This document shows, in pieces, positions 41,125 to 50,079 of a stretch of DNA of 64,000 nucleotides. This DNA comes from Rhodospirillaceae bacterium (GTDB lineage: Bacteria; Pseudomonadota; Alphaproteobacteria; UBA6615). Below the pieces are notes generated by a model. It had not been told where the DNA came from. It saw only the letters and a list, made by a program, of their open reading frames with translations, and did not search any database. Position numbers and translations under genes: made by a program. Each line of letters begins with the position of its first letter. Within the stretch, counting starts at the first letter, position 1. The stretch is taken from NCBI GenBank assembly GCA_002713365.1, contig PASR01000011.1, positions 342,110 through 406,109 on the forward strand, given 5' to 3'.

Positions 41125-41592
41125 CTATCCTTGCATTGCCTTTGCACCAGCCAAAATAGATTTTACGATATTATGATAGCCTGTGCAGCGGCAGAGGTTT
41201 CCTTCAAGCCATTCGCGGACCTCTTGTTCGCTTGGATTGTTATTAGTACGCACCAAGTCAATAGCACTCATGACCATACCTGGAGTACAAAAGCCACATT
41301 GTAGACCATGATTATCCCTGAAAGCCTCCTGCATAGGATGCAGAGTATCTCCTTCTGCTAGACCTTCTATAGTAGAGACGTCTGACCCTTCGGCTTGCAT
41401 TGCTAACATTGTACAAGATTTTGCTGATTCACCATTCACGTGAACTACGCACGCTCCACACTGGCTTGTATCACATCCAACGTGAGTACCTGTTAGACCA
41501 AGATTTTCTCTTAAATACTGAACTAATAGAGTTCGTGGTTCTACTTCTGACGAAACAGATTTTCCGTTTACCGTCATTGAAACTGTGGGCAT
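41125..41592 (-). CDS. coxS: Mo-hydroxylase [2Fe-2S] small subunit (CoxS)
   Basis: Plant-type CxxxxCxxC and a second CxxC...C cluster motif. Start at the ATG at 41592 with strong SD GGAGGAAAAAG. Confidence 0.9.
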   Translation of the reverse strand: MPTVSMTVNGKSVSSEVEPRTLLVQYLRENLGLTGTHVGCDTSQCGACVVHVNGESAKSCTMLAMQAEGSDVSTIEGLAEGDTLHPMQEAFRDNHGLQCGFCTPGMVMSAIDLVRTNNNPSEQEVREWLEGNLCRCTGYHNIVKSILAGAKAMQG

Positions 41593-41759
41593 CTTTTTCC
41601 TCCGTCTAGTCGGGTCGCCCCGCGTCATTTCTTCCTAAAATATAAAATGTTCAGGAAAGATCAATTCATCAGTCTAAAGTTTCTTATTGATAGCCTCATA
41701 CGTCAAGGTGTTAATGAAGATTTTAATCTATCATTTATAATAATAATTATCATTATTAA

Positions 41760-42332
41760 CTAACCTGTTACTATAGCTAATACCACTACTGCTAATATAA
41801 TTACGCCGCCAATCCAGGTTCCAAGTCCAATTTCAGGTCGACCTATATCTTGTATATTATCAGATTTGGTAATTTTAGCATCGACGGAAGAACTATCAGA
41901 AACAATATCAGAAAAGTTAGTAAAAAATTCTCCAGCTAATTTTTTAGCTGTACCATCAATCAAACGAGCCCCAAGCTGTGCAAGTTTTCCTCCTACGGTT
42001 GCATCAACGCTGTAACTCAATATTGTAGAATCTCCATCAGATTCCAGGCTAACGTTTGCACCACCTTTTGCAAAGCCTGCGGCGCCCCCTTTACCTTCCC
42101 CACTTATACGGTAGCTATTAGGTGGATTGAGATCTGATAATGTTACTTGACCAGTAAATTTAGCTTTTACAGGCCCGACTTTAGCAACTACAGTAGCCGT
42201 CATTTCTGTTTCCGAAAGTCTATTTATCTCTTCACAACCGGGAATAGACTTTTTAAGAATTTCTGTATCATTTAAAGCGGCCCACACTTTTTCGCGGGAG
42301 GCTGCTATTCGATATTCGCCATTCATTTCCAT
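41760..42332 (-). CDS. coxG: CoxG family (SRPBCC) protein with C-terminal membrane anchor
   Basis: 190 aa. CoxG/polyketide-cyclase-like fold at the N-terminus and a hydrophobic helix at the extreme C-terminus (GTWIGGVIILAVVVLAIV). Confidence 0.75.
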   Translation of the reverse strand: MEMNGEYRIAASREKVWAALNDTEILKKSIPGCEEINRLSETEMTATVVAKVGPVKAKFTGQVTLSDLNPPNSYRISGEGKGGAAGFAKGGANVSLESDGDSTILSYSVDATVGGKLAQLGARLIDGTAKKLAGEFFTNFSDIVSDSSSVDAKITKSDNIQDIGRPEIGLGTWIGGVIILAVVVLAIVTG

Positions 42333-42631
42333 GGCGGTTCACCTTTCAAAATGGGGTTAATTAGATTACCTGAACATAGTGATGCAATTACAATCCAGCA
42401 AGGTTATTTGGCCATAACACGTCTAATTGATTATATATGTAATAATATCTATTGAACTAAGCTTGATATCTATCTTATACCAAATAAAATGATAGTGATA
42501 TTTTAAAAGTATTTTATACCTGCGACAAATTTGTTTTCATCCAATAGGTAATTATTATTTAATATAACAAATAAACACATATTATCAGTTATGTTTATTT
42601 ATTAGTAATTTTATAGTTTTAAGGAAACCTA

Positions 42632-43114
42632 GTGATTTATTTTTTTAGTGCTGTAGTTGTTACCTATTTATTTTGGATAATATTATCAGGACATTATACT
42701 GTTGTGTTGATGATTATAGGTGCTATCTCCTCAATATCTGTAGTAATAATAGCTAGCCGTATGGCTGCCATAGATAGAGAAGGACATCCAATCTATCTAC
42801 TAATAAGGGCAGGATGGTACTGGCCCTGGCTAATATGGCAAATTATAAAATCCGGTCTTAATGTGTCCCGTATAATTTTGTCACGTTCATTGCCAATTAG
42901 CCCAACTCTGATAAATGTTAAGGCTAACCAGAAAACTGTAGTTGGAATTGTTACTTATGCAAACTCAATTACATTAACACCCGGAACTATATCTGTGGAA
43001 ATAGAAGATCGGGACATTACCGTTCATGCAATAACCCTTGAAGGTGCATTAGATGTACAATCTGGAGAAATGGACCGAATGGTTGTTAAATTTGAGGGTC
43101 TTTCATCCGCATGA
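42632..43114 (+). CDS. mrpE: Mrp/Mnh-type antiporter subunit E
   Basis: 160 aa. MnhE hallmark SITLTPGTISV. GTG start. Confidence 0.75.
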   Translation: MIYFFSAVVVTYLFWIILSGHYTVVLMIIGAISSISVVIIASRMAAIDREGHPIYLLIRAGWYWPWLIWQIIKSGLNVSRIILSRSLPISPTLINVKANQKTVVGIVTYANSITLTPGTISVEIEDRDITVHAITLEGALDVQSGEMDRMVVKFEGLSSA

Positions 43115-43365
43115 TGTTCACTGTCGCTCTAATTGCAGTTTTGATTAGCCTAGTTTTAGCTATGGTTAGGGCAATAATTGGGCCAACAATGTTTGATAGG
43201 GTTCTGGCAGTTAACTCAACGGCTACGTTGGCAGTTCTATCCCTTGCATTAATCGGTTTTGTAGCCGGACGTCCAGAATTTCTCGATATTGCAATATTAT
43301 ATACATTATTAAACCTTATAGGCACGCTCGCGGTTCTTAGATATTTTCACCCTAACGAAAATTAA
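43111..43365 (+). CDS. mrpF: Mrp/Mnh-type antiporter subunit F
   Basis: 84 aa. GPTMFDRVLAVN motif. ATGA overlap with mrpE. Confidence 0.75.
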   Translation: MMFTVALIAVLISLVLAMVRAIIGPTMFDRVLAVNSTATLAVLSLALIGFVAGRPEFLDIAILYTLLNLIGTLAVLRYFHPNEN

Positions 43366-43368
43366 ATT

Positions 43369-43710
43369 ATGGAAGCTATTATAAATCTATTGAGTTGGTT
43401 GTTTTTACTCTCGGGTGGTTTGTTTTGTATTACCGGGATGATTGGCTTGATACGTTTTCCTGACCTTTTTACCAGACTTCATGGTGCGTCAGTAACCGAT
43501 ACCCTTGGAGCAGGGTTTATAGTAATTGGATTGATCTTGCAGTCGGGTTTTACATTAGTTACTGCGAAACTAATAATTATTATGGGATTAATACTCTTAA
43601 CTAGTCCAGTAGCAACACATGCCCTAGCACAAGCAGCTTTACATGCAGGTATCTTGCCAAAATTAGATAACGACGAAACAGGCGGTCATATTGCGGGGGA
43701 GGATGAATAA
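43369..43710 (+). CDS. mrpG: Mrp/Mnh-type antiporter subunit G
   Basis: 113 aa. GLIRFPDLFTRLHGAS motif. Confidence 0.8.
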   Translation: MEAIINLLSWLFLLSGGLFCITGMIGLIRFPDLFTRLHGASVTDTLGAGFIVIGLILQSGFTLVTAKLIIIMGLILLTSPVATHALAQAALHAGILPKLDNDETGGHIAGEDE

Positions 43711-43742
43711 TCGAACTCGTAACTGATACAATACTGCTACTT

Positions 43743-44273
43743 ATGATGATTGTTGCCGTTTATGGAATTATTCGTTCTCGCAATTTATTTGTAGTTGTAA
43801 TGCTTAGCGGCATTTATAGCTTTTTGATGGCTACTGTAATGGTAGTACTCGATGCAGTAGATGTGGCAATGACTGAAGCAGCCGTTGGAGCTGGTATGTC
43901 TACTGTTTTAATGTTGGCAGTCTTAGGTTTGGTTAGGTCAAGGGAAGCACCCTTGAGACATAGTCCTATACTTCCAATTATAGTATGTTGTCTTACAGGT
44001 GGCATGCTTATTTATGGAACAGTTTCTTTGCCGCCATTTGGCCATATAGATAATCCTCAGAATCAACATGTGGCTCCTTATTATATAGAGAATTCTGTTC
44101 GCGAAACCGGTTCTCCTAATGTAGTTACTGCCGTTTTAGCAAGTTATCGAGGCTATGATACACTTGGCGAAACAACAGTGATTTTCACTGGAGGCATTGG
44201 TGTATTGGTCTTACTTAGTGGTGTTATGACACGACGCCGCAGGTTTAATAATCAAAAGGAATCAGACGAATGA
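43743..44273 (+). CDS. DUF4040 / MrpB-related membrane protein (MbhD-like)
   Basis: 176 aa, 4-5 TM helices. Sits where Mbh-type clusters have MbhD. Confidence 0.55.
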   Translation: MMIVAVYGIIRSRNLFVVVMLSGIYSFLMATVMVVLDAVDVAMTEAAVGAGMSTVLMLAVLGLVRSREAPLRHSPILPIIVCCLTGGMLIYGTVSLPPFGHIDNPQNQHVAPYYIENSVRETGSPNVVTAVLASYRGYDTLGETTVIFTGGIGVLVLLSGVMTRRRRFNNQKESDE

Positions 44274-44719
44274 TGCGGGATACCATCATTCTGAGGGTAG
44301 TGGTAAAGCTATTATTACCGGTTATTTTGATCTTTGCCCTTTATGTACAGTTTCACGGAGACTATGGACCAGGTGGTGGCTTTCAAGCAGGTGTAGCTGC
44401 CGCTGCGGCGGTTATTTTATATGGTTTAGTATTTGGAGTATCAGCAGCACGCAAGGTAGTACCGCAAGGAATATTACTCGCTCTAATACCTCTAGGTGTA
44501 TTGATATTTGCAGGGACAGGAATTCTTAGCCTTTTACTTGGGGCAAATTATCTAGATTATTCTCCATTAGGCAGCTATCCAAAAGCTGGGCAACATCTAG
44601 GTATACTAATCGTTGAGGTTGGTGTGTTTGTTACTGTTTCATCCACAATGCTTGCTATATTTTATGCCTTTGGAGGAAGAGCTGAAGATGCCTTAGTTAG
44701 TGAAGAAGAAAACGAATGA
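44270..44719 (+). CDS. mrpB: Mrp/Mnh-type antiporter subunit B
   Basis: 149 aa. PGGGFQAG hallmark. ATGA overlap with the upstream gene. Confidence 0.75.
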   Translation: MMRDTIILRVVVKLLLPVILIFALYVQFHGDYGPGGGFQAGVAAAAAVILYGLVFGVSAARKVVPQGILLALIPLGVLIFAGTGILSLLLGANYLDYSPLGSYPKAGQHLGILIVEVGVFVTVSSTMLAIFYAFGGRAEDALVSEEENE

Positions 44720-45069
44720 CAGAAATACTAGCTAATTTAAATTATTGGGTAACAATAGTTTTAATGATTTCCGGACTATATATTGTTGCTGCACATGGAA
44801 ACATGATAAAGAAGCTTGTGGGTCTTAGTATTTTTCAGACCTCTGTGTATCTACTTTTTCTTTCCCCTGGTAAAATTTTAGGCGGTACGGCGCCAATTAT
44901 ATCAAAAGACTTTGATTTATACTCTAATCCTCTACCGCACGTATTAATACTGACAGCTATTGTGGTTGGAGTGGCTACTATAGCTTTAGGAATGGCTCTT
45001 GTTGTTCGAATTCATGAAGCATATGGAACAATCGAAGATGACGAAGTACATGATATGGAGAGGGAATAG
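44716..45069 (+). CDS. mrpC: Mrp/Mnh-type antiporter subunit C (NuoK-like)
   Basis: 117 aa, three TM helices. Confidence 0.7.
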   Translation: MTEILANLNYWVTIVLMISGLYIVAAHGNMIKKLVGLSIFQTSVYLLFLSPGKILGGTAPIISKDFDLYSNPLPHVLILTAIVVGVATIALGMALVVRIHEAYGTIEDDEVHDMERE

Positions 45070-46511
45070 TGAGCCAATTTCATATGCATTTACCCGCTCT
45101 TCAAGTGGTCATTCCTTTAATTGCTGCCGCTCTTTGTGCTTTATTTAGGCATTATTTTTTAGCATGGTTTATCACTATTTTGGCGAGCTGGTTATCATTT
45201 GCAATAGCTATATTATTATTATTACAAGTGATGAGTCGAGGAGTTATATCCTACGAACTAGGCGGTTGGGTTGCCCCAATTGGTATTGAGTATCGTATAG
45301 ATTTGTTAAATGCATTTGTTCTATTAATAGTTTCGGGGGTAGGCGCTGTTATAGTTCCCTATGCTCAGAAAAGTATATCTCAAAGTATAGAGAAATCTCA
45401 GCAGTCTTGGTTCTATTCAATGTATCTGATGGCTTTAACTGGCCTTTTGGGTGTTAGTATTACTGGAGATGCTTTTAATATTTTTGTCTTCTTAGAAATT
45501 TCTTCCTTGGCTAGCTATGTAATGATAGCCATGGGCCCTGATCGCAGAGGCTTAACAGCTGCATACCAATATCTTATTATGGGCACTGTTGGTGCAACAT
45601 TTATCGTCATAGGCATAGGGTTACTTTGGGCAATGACCGGTACGCTAAATCTTTATGATTTAGCGCAAAAAATTCCGCTCATAGAAAACTCACGTCCTGT
45701 TTTGGCGGCTTTGGCTTTTTTAACAGTGGGAATATCTTTAAAACTAGCTCTATTTCCATTGCATTTATGGTTGCCAAACGCTTATGCGTATTCTCCCGGG
45801 GTAGCGAGTGCCTTTCTGGCTGGTACAGCCACCAAAGTAGCTATATATCTCTTGCTTAGATTCTTTTTTACAGTATTTGGTGGCGTTGAATTTTTTCAAA
45901 GCACCCCTTTACCTGAAATTCTTTTTGTTCTCTCTTTGCTGGCCATGTTTGCTGCTTCCATTGTAGCTGTTTTTCAAAGTAATATTAAGAGAATGCTTGC
46001 TTATTCGAGTGTCGCACAAATTGGATTTATCACTCTTGGGATTAGTTATGCAACTGAAATTGGTCTGACTGGCGCTATCGCGCATATGTTTAATCATGCC
46101 ATCATGAAGGCGGGGCTGTTTTTACTAATTGGTGCTGTGATGTTTAGATTGGGATCGGTTAAAATTGAAGACATGGCAGGTATCGGGCGTAAAATGCCAT
46201 TTACTATGGCAGGCTTTGTAATACTAGGTTTAAGCCTTTTGGGAGCTCCTGGAACTGTAGGGTTTATAAGTAAATGGTATTTAGCTCTGGCTGCGTTGCA
46301 GGAAGGTCAGTGGTGGGCAGTTGCTCTTATAGTTGCAGCCTCTTTAGTCACTATGCTCTATATTGGTAGGGTGGTTGAGGTAGCCTATTTTAGAGAGCCA
46401 ACTGTAAAAGTCGATCAATTAAGAGAAGTACCTTCATCAATGCTTTTGCCTTCGTTCTTATTAGTTGGAGCGGCAGTATATTTCGGTCTTGATACCTCTC
46501 TATCTGTTTGA
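45069..46511 (+). CDS. mrpD: Proton-conducting antiporter subunit, MrpD/NuoM/N-like (copy 1)
   Basis: 480 aa, 14-TM NuoL/M/N fold. Confidence 0.8.
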   Translation: MSQFHMHLPALQVVIPLIAAALCALFRHYFLAWFITILASWLSFAIAILLLLQVMSRGVISYELGGWVAPIGIEYRIDLLNAFVLLIVSGVGAVIVPYAQKSISQSIEKSQQSWFYSMYLMALTGLLGVSITGDAFNIFVFLEISSLASYVMIAMGPDRRGLTAAYQYLIMGTVGATFIVIGIGLLWAMTGTLNLYDLAQKIPLIENSRPVLAALAFLTVGISLKLALFPLHLWLPNAYAYSPGVASAFLAGTATKVAIYLLLRFFFTVFGGVEFFQSTPLPEILFVLSLLAMFAASIVAVFQSNIKRMLAYSSVAQIGFITLGISYATEIGLTGAIAHMFNHAIMKAGLFLLIGAVMFRLGSVKIEDMAGIGRKMPFTMAGFVILGLSLLGAPGTVGFISKWYLALAALQEGQWWAVALIVAASLVTMLYIGRVVEVAYFREPTVKVDQLREVPSSMLLPSFLLVGAAVYFGLDTSLSV

Positions 46512-46564
46512 TTAGTTCAGCATATTGCTTCTTCACTTATTAGCGCAGCATATTAGGTGAAACT

Positions 46565-48079
46565 GTGAGCCCATATAGTATAATTATTGCCTCTCTTCTG
46601 ATACCGACACTCGGTGCAGTCTTAATTTGGTTATTTGGTCGACAAAAAAACATTCGAGAGACAGTAACTATAATAACTTCAGTTTTGTTGTTCTCTAATG
46701 TTGTTCAGATTTTACCTGCTATTAGTAACGGCGAGCGGCCAGAGTTGTTAGTATTAAATGTAGCTCCCGGCTTAGAAGTGGCTTTTCAAGTTGAACCGCT
46801 CGGAATGCTTTTCGCGTTAATAGCATCTTTCCTTTGGATTATTAATTCAATTTATTCAATTGGTTATATGCGAGGTAATAGGGAACCTCGACAAACCCAA
46901 TTTTATGTCGCTTTTGCTGTGGCGCTATCAGCCACGATGGGAATTGCATTCTCTGGCAATCTATTTACTCTATTTATATTTTATGAAGTTCTTACTTTAA
47001 GTACCTATCCATTAGTAGCCCATCATGGAAATGCAAAAGCTCGAACAGGAGGGCGTATCTACTTAATTATCTTGCTGGGTACTTCAATATTATTTTTTAT
47101 TCCAGCAATCCTTTGGACTTCTAGTTTAGCCGGCACTCTAGATTTTACTCCGGGCGGTATTTTGTCAGGAAAGGCAGATTCAATAACTACCGGCTTATTG
47201 CTGGCCTTATTTGCTTTCGGTATTGGTAAAGCTGCTTTGATGCCGTTCCATAAGTGGCTACCCAATGCTATGGTAGCCCCAACTCCTGTCAGTGCACTGT
47301 TACATGCGGTTGCCGTTGTTAAGGCGGGTGTTTTTACTATCCTTAAAGTATCTATATATATATTTGGTTCTGAACATCTTCTTGCTACCGGTGCTTCTGA
47401 ATGGCTAGTTTATTTAGCCACTTTCTCAGTTTTAGCAGCTTCAATTATTGCTTTAACCAAGGATAATTTAAAGGCAAGATTAGCTTATTCTACTGTAAGT
47501 CAGCTGGGTTATATAGTACTCGGTGCGGCGATTGCTACTCCTCTAGCCTTAATTGGTGCTGGAATGCATATACTTATGCACGCATTTGGTAAGATAACAC
47601 TTTTTTTTGTTGCTGGAGCAATACATACAGCAACGCATAAGACAGAAATTAGCCAGCTAAATGGTATCGGTCGCACGATGCCTTTTACTATGGTTGCTTT
47701 TTTTATAGGTGCTTTATCTATTATCGGACTACCTCCTTTGGGAGGCGCTTGGAGTAAAATGTATATAGCTCTTGGAGGAATGGACGGAGACTATTGGTTT
47801 GTGCTTGCCGCTCTTATGCTTAGTTCATTACTAAATATAGCGTATTTGATGCCAATTGTTATAAAGGCATTTTTTCTTCCGGCTGATTCAGAAAATAACA
47901 ATACGGAATTAGCGGAGATAAATGATAAATATGATAATAGTCTACGAAATCGTATAGCTGAAGCTCCTTGGTTTTGCGTAATACCTTTATGCTTCACAGC
48001 CTTAGCGTGTTTCATATTATTTTTTGCTCCTAATGCAGTTGAACAGCTTCTAAGCGGGATGTTAGAGAGGCCGTTATGA
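46565..48079 (+). CDS. Proton-conducting antiporter subunit, MrpD/NuoM/N-like (copy 2)
   Basis: 504 aa, NuoL/M/N fold. Confidence 0.8.
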   Translation: MSPYSIIIASLLIPTLGAVLIWLFGRQKNIRETVTIITSVLLFSNVVQILPAISNGERPELLVLNVAPGLEVAFQVEPLGMLFALIASFLWIINSIYSIGYMRGNREPRQTQFYVAFAVALSATMGIAFSGNLFTLFIFYEVLTLSTYPLVAHHGNAKARTGGRIYLIILLGTSILFFIPAILWTSSLAGTLDFTPGGILSGKADSITTGLLLALFAFGIGKAALMPFHKWLPNAMVAPTPVSALLHAVAVVKAGVFTILKVSIYIFGSEHLLATGASEWLVYLATFSVLAASIIALTKDNLKARLAYSTVSQLGYIVLGAAIATPLALIGAGMHILMHAFGKITLFFVAGAIHTATHKTEISQLNGIGRTMPFTMVAFFIGALSIIGLPPLGGAWSKMYIALGGMDGDYWFVLAALMLSSLLNIAYLMPIVIKAFFLPADSENNNTELAEINDKYDNSLRNRIAEAPWFCVIPLCFTALACFILFFAPNAVEQLLSGMLERPL

Positions 48080-48348
48080 GTGATAATTTTACCGAAGATA
48101 AAATATCTAATTCTACAGGTTGGTTAGCAAAAAAAATCAATAGTTCCAAGATTATATGGCTTTTATCTCTTATCTGTGTGTTTTTATTTGTGGCTGAATT
48201 CTTTGTTCACCGGCATGCAGAGATGGGAGTTGATGAATATATTGGATTTTATGGGGCTTACGGTCTTATAGGCAGTATCTTTCTTGTTTTTCTATCTCAT
48301 CAGATTAGGAAGCTTTTAAAGAGGCCTGAGGATTTTTATGATGATTGA
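48076..48348 (+). CDS. Small single-TM membrane protein, translationally coupled within the Mrp-like cluster
   Basis: 90 aa. Overlaps the upstream gene by 4 nt and the downstream gene by 11 nt. Confidence 0.45.
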   Translation: MSDNFTEDKISNSTGWLAKKINSSKIIWLLSLICVFLFVAEFFVHRHAEMGVDEYIGFYGAYGLIGSIFLVFLSHQIRKLLKRPEDFYDD

Positions 48349-50038
48349 TATTCCTCCTGGATTGATACTGATTTTAGGAGCCTTAATAGTACCGTTTCTA
48401 AAAGGTTATTTGCGAGGTGTATTTCTACTAGCTTTGCCTATTTTATCATCTTTCATTCTGTACAATCTACCGGATGGTAGCCATTTTGCTATTACCGCTT
48501 TTGGCCAGCATTTAGAACTTTTACGTGTAGATCCGCTATCGAGAATATTTGGTTACGTATTTTTAATCGCGATCTTCTTAGGCATAATTTATTCTTTGCA
48601 TCTACGTACCATAGAAGAACACTTATCAGGACTAATTTATTCTGGTGCGGCTATTGGAGCTGTTTTTGCTGGCGATCTCATATCCCTTTTTGTTTATTGG
48701 GAACTTACGGCAATATCATCAGTCTTTTTAATTTTAGCACGGCGTACACCAGAAGCACTGGCAGCGAGTATGCGTTATCTTATCATACAGGTTGGGTCGG
48801 GTGTATTATTATTAGCTGGTCTTATTATACGATGGAATGAGACAGGTAATATAACATTTGATCATATAGGACTCGAATCTGTCGGTGGTGTTTTAATATT
48901 TTTAGCATTTGGTATTAAGGCCGCATTTCCGCTATTGCATAATTGGTTGCAAGATTCATACCCCCAGGCCACGCCAACCGGAACTGTTATACTGTCAGCA
49001 TTTACGACAAAGCTAGCAATCTACGCCCTAGCCAGGGGCTATGCAGGCACTGAGGAGCTTATCTGGATTGGTACAATTATGGCTATATTTCCAATCTTTT
49101 TCGCTATAATTGAGAATGACCTGCGTAGGGTACTTGCATACAGTCTTAATAACCAACTAGGTTTTATGGTTGTAGGTATAGGCATTGGAACTGAGCTTGC
49201 CTTGAATGGAACTGCTGCTCATGCTTTTTCTCATATAATTTATAAAGCCTTATTATTTATGTCGATGGGGGCAATATTACACAGAACAGGAACTGTATTA
49301 GCTAGTGAACTTGGTGGCTTATATAAAACAATGCCATTCACAAGTATATTTTGTATTATAGGAGCGGCCTCAATATCCGCGTTTCCTTTATTCTGCGGGT
49401 TTATAAGTAAATCAATGATACTTTCTGCTGTAGCTTATGAAGGTCATTATTGGGTTTGGATACTATTACTATTAGCGTCGGCTGGTGTAATTCATTATTC
49501 TGCAATTAAGGTTCCTTATTTTGCATTTTTTGCAAATGATTCTGGCAAACGTCCAAAGGAGGCTCCTTTAAATATGTTGATTGCTATGGCATTGGCCTCA
49601 ATTCTTTGCGTAGGAATTGGTGTTTGGCCGTCTTCTCTTTTTTATATTTTGCCATTTGAAGTAAATTATATTCCTTATACTGAATCACATATACTGTCGC
49701 AGCTTCAATTACTCTTCTTCTCAGCCCTTTCATTCGCGGTATTGATAAAACTGGGTTTTTACCCAGTTCAATCAAAATCAACAATTATAGATACAGACTG
49801 GATATATCGCCGTTTAGCTAAGGCTGTAGTTGTTTTAATAACAAATGTGGCACTCACATTACATAGTAACCTTTTTGAAGTAACTATTTTACGGGCGCGC
49901 CGTCTAGTTGATCAACTTTATAAACATCACGGACCTCAAGGTATTTTAGCAAGAACTTGGCCCACCGGTAGTATGGTTTTGTGGGTAGCAATATTTCTTG
50001 GAATTTACTTACTTTTATACTTTATTAAAAATATATAA
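48338..50038 (+). CDS. Proton-conducting antiporter subunit, MrpD/NuoL-like with C-terminal extension (copy 3)
   Basis: 566 aa. NuoL/M/N fold plus an extra C-terminal region of roughly 150 aa. Confidence 0.75.
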   Translation: MMIDIPPGLILILGALIVPFLKGYLRGVFLLALPILSSFILYNLPDGSHFAITAFGQHLELLRVDPLSRIFGYVFLIAIFLGIIYSLHLRTIEEHLSGLIYSGAAIGAVFAGDLISLFVYWELTAISSVFLILARRTPEALAASMRYLIIQVGSGVLLLAGLIIRWNETGNITFDHIGLESVGGVLIFLAFGIKAAFPLLHNWLQDSYPQATPTGTVILSAFTTKLAIYALARGYAGTEELIWIGTIMAIFPIFFAIIENDLRRVLAYSLNNQLGFMVVGIGIGTELALNGTAAHAFSHIIYKALLFMSMGAILHRTGTVLASELGGLYKTMPFTSIFCIIGAASISAFPLFCGFISKSMILSAVAYEGHYWVWILLLLASAGVIHYSAIKVPYFAFFANDSGKRPKEAPLNMLIAMALASILCVGIGVWPSSLFYILPFEVNYIPYTESHILSQLQLLFFSALSFAVLIKLGFYPVQSKSTIIDTDWIYRRLAKAVVVLITNVALTLHSNLFEVTILRARRLVDQLYKHHGPQGILARTWPTGSMVLWVAIFLGIYLLLYFIKNI

Positions 50039-50079
50039 GTAATTGTTTTATATAATTCTTATATAAATTAAAAATTTTT

